DNA of 53,667 nucleotides from a virus (lineage: Duplodnaviria; Caudoviricetes): IMG/VR virus record IMGVR_UViG_3300031986_000023, positions 1 to 53,667 of that record. One strand, given 5' to 3'. Both the position numbers and the translations under genes were made by a program. The notes beneath the pieces were generated by a model, which worked only from the letters and a program-made list of their open reading frames with translations, was not told the DNA's origin and did no database searches. Below, in pieces: positions 1 to 6,343 of this stretch (within the stretch, counting starts at the first letter, position 1; each line of letters begins with the position of its first letter).

Positions 1-747
1 ATGGGTACTGACACCAAAATCGAGTGGGCGAACCACACGTTCAATCCGTGGATGGGATGCACCCGCGTAAGCCCCGCTTGCGACAATTGCTATGCCGCCG
101 AGATGATGGACAGCCGCTATGGTCGCGTTCGGTGGGGCGCTGGCGAGGCTCGCGTCCGCACAAAGGACTGGTCGAAGCCGCGCAAGTGGAACCGCGACAC
201 GCCGGGGGCTTTCGTGTTCTGCGCCAGCCTTGCCGACGTGTTCGACAACGAGGTCAACCCGGCATGGCGGGCCGACCTGTTCAAGCTGATCGAAGAAACG
301 CCGAACCTCGTCTGGCTGCTGCTGACCAAGCGCATCGGCAACGTCATCGCCATGTCGCATCAGGCATGGGGCGGGATGCCGCGGAACGTCGCTATCGGCG
401 CGACCATGGCGAACCAGCTGGAATATGACCGGGACCGCATGAAGCTGGCGCGGGTCAAGGAAATCGCATCACCGCTGTTCACCTTCGGCAGCTTCGAGCC
501 GCTGCTCGGTCCGGTCATCCTCGACAAGAACGCGCCCGACTGGATCATCGTCGGCGGCGAAAGCGGTGCCAACGCTCGCCCGATGGACCTCGTTTGGGCG
601 CGGTCGCTGAAACGCCAGAGCGAAGAATTGAGCCGCGTGTTCAATTTCAAACAGGTCGGCGGTCGCAAGGCTGACAAGGGCGGGCATCTGCTCGACGGGC
701 AAGAGCATTTCGCGCGGCCCACCACCAAGGAGTCCCCCCATGCCTAA
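1..747 (+). CDS. DUF5131 (phage Gp37/Gp68) family protein
   Basis: TKIEWANHTFNPWMGCTRVSPACDNCYA (CxxxxxxCxxC), LLLTKR, SFEPLLGP, WIIVGGESG and FKQ motifs typical of the family. Confidence 0.9.
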   Translation: MGTDTKIEWANHTFNPWMGCTRVSPACDNCYAAEMMDSRYGRVRWGAGEARVRTKDWSKPRKWNRDTPGAFVFCASLADVFDNEVNPAWRADLFKLIEETPNLVWLLLTKRIGNVIAMSHQAWGGMPRNVAIGATMANQLEYDRDRMKLARVKEIASPLFTFGSFEPLLGPVILDKNAPDWIIVGGESGANARPMDLVWARSLKRQSEELSRVFNFKQVGGRKADKGGHLLDGQEHFARPTTKESPHA

Positions 748-798
748 CCGACCGGATGATTTAGTTGTGTCTGTTGAACCCCGAAATGATGGGGGCGG

Positions 799-957
799 TC
801 AGGGTTTCAGCTTTTCCCGGCGCGCGAGCTCTGTCTCGACGGCCTCCCGGATGAAGGCGGCGCGGCCATAGTTGCCGACCAGCGCGTCTATGCGAGCGAG
901 CGCATCCTTGGACAGCCTGACCGGGGTCGGCTTCATGTTCATCGGCGGTCGGCCCAT
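799..957 (-). CDS. Ribbon-helix-helix (CopG/Arc-like) DNA-binding protein, 52 aa
   Basis: MGRPP...TPVRLSKDALARIDALVGNYGRAAFIREAVETEL fits the RHH pattern; ATG at 957 lies 7 nt after a TTGCAA-N17-TAATGC promoter. Confidence 0.8.
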   Translation of the reverse strand: MGRPPMNMKPTPVRLSKDALARIDALVGNYGRAAFIREAVETELARREKLKP

Positions 958-964
958 CGGGCGC

Positions 965-1055
965 GCATTAGCGGCAGTCTGATCCGGTTGCAAGAAAACG
1001 ATACCTTTTTCTGTTGACGGTATAAACAATGTCGTTTAGATAAACGATATTCTTT
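965..1055. promoter_or_regulatory. Divergent promoters with three near-palindromic operators (consensus AAACGATATCGTTT)
   Basis: Sites 996-1009, 1024-1037 and 1042-1055 each match 12/14; TTGACG at 1014-1019 on +; TTGCAA-N17-TAATGC on -. Confidence 0.7.
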
Positions 1056-1070
1056 TTGGAGGCAAGCGAA

Positions 1071-1361
1071 ATGACCACTGCCAGCTACCCCGCCCTGAAA
1101 CGTCGCATCGCCGCGCTTCGTAGTGAAATCATCGCATATGATGCCGAGACAGCTAAACTGAAGCAGGCAGCCGAGCGCGCGGAAGGGCCAGCGGCTCGCT
1201 TTGCTGTTGACCGCGCCAGAAGCCCCAAATTCCACGATCTGAGCAACGAGCTAATTCAGGCCGAGGTTGATCTGGCTGGCTGGAAGTTCCCCGCCAAAAA
1301 GCGCAAGCCCCATGCCTCATTCAGTTCGATGATGAAGCTCGCAATTAGGCGGGTCCGGTGA
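1071..1361 (+). CDS. Hypothetical coiled-coil phage protein
   Basis: GGAGG SD upstream of ATG 1071; first gene of a coupled chain. Confidence 0.65.
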   Translation: MTTASYPALKRRIAALRSEIIAYDAETAKLKQAAERAEGPAARFAVDRARSPKFHDLSNELIQAEVDLAGWKFPAKKRKPHASFSSMMKLAIRRVR

Positions 1362-1450
1362 GCGGCGCGGTGCTGTTCGCCATGTGGATGCTTGGCTTTG
1401 TGTCGGGCGTTTGCGTCGATGTCTTTTTCGGAAAGGGGCGCAGGAAATGA
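1358..1450 (+). CDS. 30-aa single-TM peptide (MSGAVLFAMWMLGFVSGVCVDVFFGKGRRK)
   Basis: GTGA and ATGA overlaps with both neighbours; hydrophobic helix plus basic tail; below the ORF-track size cutoff. Confidence 0.55.
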   Translation: MSGAVLFAMWMLGFVSGVCVDVFFGKGRRK

Positions 1451-1677
1451 CCAGCCCGCTTTTTGACGAGTTTGACGTGCTGGACACGGTCATTTCCTCG
1501 ATCTCCATCCTGTCCAACCCCGACTGGACCGATAAGCGCAAAACCCCGCAAGCCGCGCTCGACGAAATCCATTCTTTAACAAGCGCCGTCATCGGGGGCG
1601 TAATGAAGCGAATTGCTGAAAGGACGGCCACTGATCGCAACCCCCATCAGGAGGACACAACCCATGATACGGACTGA
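1447..1677 (+). CDS. Hypothetical phage protein
   Basis: ATGA coupling; part of the small-gene chain. Confidence 0.55.
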   Translation: MTSPLFDEFDVLDTVISSISILSNPDWTDKRKTPQAALDEIHSLTSAVIGGVMKRIAERTATDRNPHQEDTTHDTD

Positions 1678-1861
1678 GGGCGGGGATGGATTGCGCGAGG
1701 CAAGAAAGGCCTTCGTCGTCAACCTTTACGACCGATACGGGCGTGATGCGATGGAGGATCGCGCCGACGACATATTGAACGGCCGCGAGGACGATGACCC
1801 TTTCATTCACGGCTATCTCGCCGCTCTCAAAGCCACACCACCCCAAGGAGATGCTACGTGA
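1664..1861 (+). CDS. Hypothetical phage protein
   Basis: AGGAGG SD before ATG 1664; overlaps the next gene. Confidence 0.6.
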   Translation: MIRTEGGDGLREARKAFVVNLYDRYGRDAMEDRADDILNGREDDDPFIHGYLAALKATPPQGDAT

Positions 1862-2097
1862 CCGATGAAGTGAACCCGCCCGCGTTTCCGAATGTGGAAC
1901 CGCGCGACCCGAGATTTTCAAACGCGCAGCCGGGAATGGACCTGCGCGACTGGTTCGCTGGTCAGGCGATTCCTGCGCTCGTTAGCGTGTGCGGAGCGGA
2001 CACCCGCGACGTCGGAACACCTTACGAGGATCATTGCGCCATTCTCGCATACCGGATAGCCGACGCGCTGCTCGCCGCACGAAAGGCCCAGCCATGA
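1858..2097 (+). CDS. Conserved small phage protein (PAFP...GMxLRDWFAGQA...AYxIADALLAAR family)
   Basis: Recognisable widespread phage motif; AAGGAG SD. Confidence 0.8.
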   Translation: MTDEVNPPAFPNVEPRDPRFSNAQPGMDLRDWFAGQAIPALVSVCGADTRDVGTPYEDHCAILAYRIADALLAARKAQP

Positions 2098-2801
2098 CCC
2101 CATCAGACGATCTACAGCGGCTGGTCGAGCGGATCGAGGGCTTGGTCAAGAGCGATGCCGCGGTGAACGATGACATTGCCCGCGCGCTTGGCTGGACGCA
2201 GCATTCCGACGAGGCCGACCCGGTATATACGCGAAAGCCGCAGCTTTGGTGGGCGAAACCCGGCGAGGAATGGTCGACCATGACCGTCGTTCCGAATTAC
2301 ACCGGGAGCGTCGATGCCGCTCTGACGCTTGTCCCCGCGGGGTGGCGTCGGTGGCTTCTGGATGCCGACAACGGAGATGGCCTTTGCCAGTTGGAACATC
2401 TGGCTAGCGACATCGAAGCTCACGCGCGCGGTAAGACGCTAGCCCTCGCGATCACGGCGGCATCCTTCCGCGCCCGCATCACCCAGGAGCAAAGCAATGG
2501 GTATTATACTCGCCGCAAAATCGAAGAAGCTGCCATTGCCAAATGGGACAGCTGTCCGCGCTTCGATGATTGGGACCATCGCGACAAGATGCGTCCGATG
2601 CCGATTGGCGCCGCTTCGAAGCCACGGACAGCGCGCGAACAGGAATTGATCGACGCGCTGAAACGAACTCGTGCCGCGCTGGTCCTGTTGCAGCCCGCTC
2701 TAAACGTCATGGCGCGCGAATGCCTTGCCGACATCATCGCTCGCGAGATTGAACCAGCAATCACCGAAAGGAACAGCAATGACCCAGGCAGCAATGGATA
2801 A
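2094..2801 (+). CDS. Hypothetical phage protein (possible fusion of two small genes)
   Basis: N-terminal half carries a PxYTGSVDAALTLVP.GW motif seen in phage accessory proteins; internal SD plus ATG at 2497. Confidence 0.6.
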   Translation: MTPSDDLQRLVERIEGLVKSDAAVNDDIARALGWTQHSDEADPVYTRKPQLWWAKPGEEWSTMTVVPNYTGSVDAALTLVPAGWRRWLLDADNGDGLCQLEHLASDIEAHARGKTLALAITAASFRARITQEQSNGYYTRRKIEEAAIAKWDSCPRFDDWDHRDKMRPMPIGAASKPRTAREQELIDALKRTRAALVLLQPALNVMARECLADIIAREIEPAITERNSNDPGSNG

Positions 2802-3330
2802 CGACACTATGGTGGAGGTGACGCAGGAAGATCGCGAGCTTGTTTACGGCCTGTTGATGCCCGCCGCGAGATCGTCGCTCCAAAAGCTGGCGCTCGAATA
2901 TATCCGCGACGGGAAAAGCGACGACGCCGACGCTGTGCAACAGGTCGCCCGCCACCGCCACCAGTCCGAGACCGGGGCCGCGCTTACCAGAGATGGGAGA
3001 GAGGCGTTGACGAAAGCGATCGAGACGCTTGCGGCCAGTCGGCACCTGATAGGCAAATACTGCCCTGACCACCACTGGTTGCCCGAACATGATCAGCGCA
3101 TTGCTGACCTTCGCGCCGCCATCGCTCAGCCGGTCGAGGCGGGGGAGGATGGGACAGAGCGCTTCCTGCTCGCATACGTCTCGCACGATACCAAAGTCAT
3201 CGGGATCGAACATCCAACCGAAGCACCATGGGATGACGTGCTGAACGCTCACATTGCTCTACGCGACCGCCTTAACGTGCGCATCGCCGAGCAAAAGAAA
3301 TGCCCGCATGGTCCAGATAGAAAGGCATGA
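2779..3330 (+). CDS. Hypothetical phage protein
   Basis: AAGGA SD; coupled to neighbours. Confidence 0.6.
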   Translation: MTQAAMDNDTMVEVTQEDRELVYGLLMPAARSSLQKLALEYIRDGKSDDADAVQQVARHRHQSETGAALTRDGREALTKAIETLAASRHLIGKYCPDHHWLPEHDQRIADLRAAIAQPVEAGEDGTERFLLAYVSHDTKVIGIEHPTEAPWDDVLNAHIALRDRLNVRIAEQKKCPHGPDRKA

Positions 3331-3524
3331 TGATGGATATTGATCGCAGGATATTGTTGCAGGCGGTGTCAAAGGCCGCGAGTCAATCCAAGTCGGACTA
3401 TCTCGCCAACCTTGCCGATGACATCGCAAACGGGCGCGCAGCAAAGATAGACACTTGGCTCGCGCTCGACGCTATCTGGATCGCCCTGAAAACCGAACAC
3501 ACTGTCTTAGGCCCTAAGACATGA
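3327..3524 (+). CDS. Hypothetical phage protein
   Basis: ATGA overlaps on both sides. Confidence 0.55.
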   Translation: MMMDIDRRILLQAVSKAASQSKSDYLANLADDIANGRAAKIDTWLALDAIWIALKTEHTVLGPKT

Positions 3525-3922
3525 CCGACACACCGGGGACGCTGGAGGAACTGCGGAAGCGGGCGCGCGGTCAAATCGAACTTGGCAGAGCGACGGGCAA
3601 CCACACTGGTAACCCGATCAACATCTACCAGATCGCGGAAGAACTGCTCGCCGCTGTGGAAGTCGATAGCGTGGATAAGGCGCGGGCATGGGATGCCGCA
3701 ACTGCGATACCGCGAAAGACCGCCGACGAGATAGCATCGCTGCGAGCGCGGGTGGAGGTGGTAGAGGCCGAACTGACCGAAGCGGTCGAGCATCTGGAGG
3801 CCGTGCTGTTCAGCGATCCGGGGCCGAAAATGCTGGCGTCCATCGGATCGGCGCGAGCATGGTGGATGAAGCGTGACGCGCGCGAGGAAGCCCAAGCCCT
3901 CAAGGACACGCCCGATGAATAG
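3521..3922 (+). CDS. Hypothetical coiled-coil phage protein
   Basis: ATGA overlap; ADEIASLRARVEVVEAEL pattern common in phage accessory genes. Confidence 0.6.
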   Translation: MTDTPGTLEELRKRARGQIELGRATGNHTGNPINIYQIAEELLAAVEVDSVDKARAWDAATAIPRKTADEIASLRARVEVVEAELTEAVEHLEAVLFSDPGPKMLASIGSARAWWMKRDAREEAQALKDTPDE

Positions 3923-4057
3923 GCGGCGAGCCGACCGGGAACCCCCTGTCCTAACTCGCCGCCGTCCGGGTCCGACGAGCGAACCCGAATGCTACCCCTA
4001 CACATGGCAGGGAAGACATCTCCTGTATGCCACAATAGGGGCGGGAGCGCAAGGTTT

Positions 4058-4297
4058 TTAGGGCTTCATCGCTTCAACGGTAGCCAGATGCCTTGCGCCG
4101 CACACGCCATAGAGGCGGATGATGTTGTCGATCCACACGTCCAATTCCGGCGATACCAGCGGGACAGGTGGCAGCGGCAAGTTAGGGCAAGGCTGGCGCA
4201 GGTTCGCCGGAAGCGGCCCGGTTGGCGGCTTCGACCGAGGCCCGCAAGCTGTCAGCGACAGGCTCAGGCAGAGCGCAAGAGGCAGGGACTTCCACAT
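4058..4297 (-). CDS. o-spanin (Rz1-like lipoprotein)
   Basis: Signal peptide with lipobox LTAC, Pro-rich, extra Cys; overlaps the i-spanin 3' end in another frame. Confidence 0.85.
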   Translation of the reverse strand: MWKSLPLALCLSLSLTACGPRSKPPTGPLPANLRQPCPNLPLPPVPLVSPELDVWIDNIIRLYGVCGARHLATVEAMKP

Positions 4298-4550
4298 TAC
4301 GGTAATGCTCCCGGATGATTGTCTGTGTGGTTTGTGATTGGGTATCGACCGCTAGGCGGGACTGCTCGTAGGCGTCCGCGGCGGAATCGGCTTGCTGGCG
4401 CTGCTTTTCGCGCGCTTCCTCTAGCTTGCGTTCGATCTTGGCGATGTCAGCGTCAGCTTTCCACCCTCGCACCGACCACCCCCCACCGAACGCCAGCGCG
4501 AGGCCTAGAGCGCCCGCTATCAGCTTGGCTTGCAAGGGGATAATCACCAC
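4182..4550 (-). CDS. i-spanin (Rz-like)
   Basis: N-terminal TM, coiled coil, C-terminal Cys; downstream of holin and endolysin. Confidence 0.85.
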   Translation of the reverse strand: MVIIPLQAKLIAGALGLALAFGGGWSVRGWKADADIAKIERKLEEAREKQRQQADSAADAYEQSRLAVDTQSQTTQTIIREHYRNVEVPASCALPEPVADSLRASVEAANRAASGEPAPALP

Positions 4551-4729
4551 TCACCATCCCGACCGAAGCCGATGGGATTGGGTGAGCGCCACACAGTATT
4601 GCCGTCCGCGTCGAGCAAGCCGGTGTCGGTCGCTTTATGATCGCATACCTCGATAGAGGTCAGCAGCGGGGACATAGGCTCCCAATATTCCTCGTCGGCG
4701 CGCGGGCGTTTGGTGAAATATCGCGGCAT
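4544..4729 (-). CDS. Small acidic hypothetical protein in the lysis cassette
   Basis: TAATG coupling to the holin stop; overlaps the i-spanin start. Confidence 0.55.
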   Translation of the reverse strand: MPRYFTKRPRADEEYWEPMSPLLTSIEVCDHKATDTGLLDADGNTVWRSPNPIGFGRDGEW

Positions 4730-4971
4730 TATTCGCCCTCACCCTTAGTCGGCTGCCTGACCAGGCGCGCGCCGGTCGCGGTCGCGAACACGAACAGCCC
4801 GACGCCAACCGCTGCCAACGTCCGCAGCGGACCATCGGGCAATAGTGCCAACAGCTTTTCGGTGTCGCTCGGATTGGCGGCGAGATAGGCCGCAACGACG
4901 CCAGCCAGAGCCGCGAGCTTCACGCTCCACAGCTTCCACCAGTTGCCGCATTCGTCGATCAGGTATTTCAT
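4729..4971 (-). CDS. Holin (two TM helices)
   Basis: WWKLWSVKLAALAG...ARLVRQP pattern; two hydrophobic segments; adjacent to the endolysin. Confidence 0.8.
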   Translation of the reverse strand: MKYLIDECGNWWKLWSVKLAALAGVVAAYLAANPSDTEKLLALLPDGPLRTLAAVGVGLFVFATATGARLVRQPTKGEGE

Positions 4972-5369
4972 GGGTATTTACTCCACGGAAGCTGCCAGTG
5001 CGGGCCATCGCGAAAACTTTTCCAGTCCCCGCCCCATTCGATGGGAACGCCCTCGTCTTTTGCGGCCTGTTTGATAATCGGCGCGAGCGCGTGATAAAGC
5101 GGCCACGACCATGACACTTTCCCGCCAGCGTCGAGCGGCGCGATGTCAACCGCATGGCTCTTGCCGTTCTTGCCGGGGAGGTGGCGGCTATTCATCGTCT
5201 TGGACGCGCCGGTCCGCACAAGCTCTTTCTGGCGCGCAACCGTTCGCAACACCTCCAGAACAGTGAAGTCGATTTTGCTGATTGCCGCGGCGCGCTTAAT
5301 CACGCGCTGCAAATCAGGGTGGGCGCCGTCGAGGCGGGTCAGAGAGCGTTCGCTCAGGACAATGGACAT
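4968..5369 (-). CDS. Endolysin, peptidase M15C (L-Ala-D-Glu peptidase)
   Basis: SRHL...HAVD and DGPHWQL zinc-binding motifs; IEWGGDW. Confidence 0.92.
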   Translation of the reverse strand: MSIVLSERSLTRLDGAHPDLQRVIKRAAAISKIDFTVLEVLRTVARQKELVRTGASKTMNSRHLPGKNGKSHAVDIAPLDAGGKVSWSWPLYHALAPIIKQAAKDEGVPIEWGGDWKSFRDGPHWQLPWSKYP

Positions 5370-5378
5370 TATTTACTC

Positions 5379-5672
5379 CTATTCAGGCACGGCAATGGGC
5401 GTGTAGAGCGCCCGACAATTCGCGGTGGTGGTGCAAAGGAAATTGAGCTGGTTGCTGGCTTCGTTCACCCAGCGACCCCGGCCCTTGAGCATGGCGCGGT
5501 GTTCGATCACCACGCCCTCAACGAGCTTCAACCTGCCATCCAGTTGCTCGGCAGCCTTAGCCCCGCCCGTCGTCCGGTCGATCACCGTCATCGTCGCAGA
5601 CCCGAGACTGATCGCCAGAGTCAGTCCGACAGCGACATCTCTTATCAGTTCGCCCCGCTTCGCCGCCGTCAT
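5379..5672 (-). CDS. Single-TM protein with coiled coil and a C-terminal Cys pair (lysis-associated)
   Basis: ATGA overlap at 5669-5672; hydrophobic N-terminal segment; directly upstream of the endolysin. Confidence 0.65.
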   Translation of the reverse strand: MTAAKRGELIRDVAVGLTLAISLGSATMTVIDRTTGGAKAAEQLDGRLKLVEGVVIEHRAMLKGRGRWVNEASNQLNFLCTTTANCRALYTPIAVPE

Positions 5673-6163
5673 CGAGAATTTCCGGCAGAAGTTGCACGGT
5701 GAGCATGATCGCGAAGCCAACCAGCAATATGCTTACCAACCAATCCACCGCAAAAGCCCCCGAGTGTGACGATCATCAGCGCATCGATCGCCGCGGATGA
5801 AAACCAGTGAAGCGCGACAATCGATGGCGTCTGTTCAACGAGGGAAAACAGGGCGTTCATCAGGGCGGACCCCAGGAACATGCCCGCGGCGATGCGTTGC
5901 AGCCTTGGCGGCGGCGATGGCGGGCGGATGAGCAGTGGCACCGCGCAAAGCCCGTTGACGATAACCATGCTGGCAAGGTGAAATTCAGGCCATCCAACGA
6001 AGGTGGCGAGGCTCAGCAACACAAGCTGGCAAGTGACCATGACCATGCCCACCCGCCTTGTTCCGTCGCGGTTGACGATATACCCGAGCACCCCAACGGC
6101 GATGGTTGCCATCAAGAGGACGGGGTATAGCGCCGACGCGATTGCATAGGCCTCGCCGTTCAT
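5669..6163 (-). CDS. Multipass (about 5 TM) membrane protein
   Basis: Several hydrophobic helices; TGATG-coupled to the upstream peptide and ATGA-coupled to the downstream gene. Confidence 0.75.
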   Translation of the reverse strand: MNGEAYAIASALYPVLLMATIAVGVLGYIVNRDGTRRVGMVMVTCQLVLLSLATFVGWPEFHLASMVIVNGLCAVPLLIRPPSPPPRLQRIAAGMFLGSALMNALFSLVEQTPSIVALHWFSSAAIDALMIVTLGGFCGGLVGKHIAGWLRDHAHRATSAGNSR

Positions 6164-6333
6164 CAACCGCCTCCGATGGGATCGTCGTTCTGCGGCGGAG
6201 GCGGAGGGGGCGGCGGCGGGCCGGTGCCTTCATCAAAAGCAACAACGTCCTGCGCGCGATGCCAGTCCCAATAGTTGCGCCACTCCAGCGCGTCGGCAAT
6301 CCGGTCGAGGCTTTCTGCCTTCTTGGTCATCAT
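6163..6333 (-). CDS. 56-aa peptide with a nona-proline run (MMTKKAESLDRIADALEWRNYWDWHRAQDVVAFDEGTGPPPPPPPPPQNDDPIGGG)
   Basis: AAAGGA SD; fills the gap between tailspike and membrane gene; stop overlaps the next ATG. Confidence 0.7.
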   Translation of the reverse strand: MMTKKAESLDRIADALEWRNYWDWHRAQDVVAFDEGTGPPPPPPPPPQNDDPIGGG

Positions 6334-6343
6334 CGTTCCTTTC

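Noticed and set aside
4024-4052. Fourth TTGCGC-N17 site after the o-spanin
   Set aside because: The -10 is CATACA rather than TAAC, and no convincing downstream ORF
1-4060. Left attachment site
   Set aside because: No copy of the tRNA-Pro 3' end found by eye; the phage probably continues beyond the window
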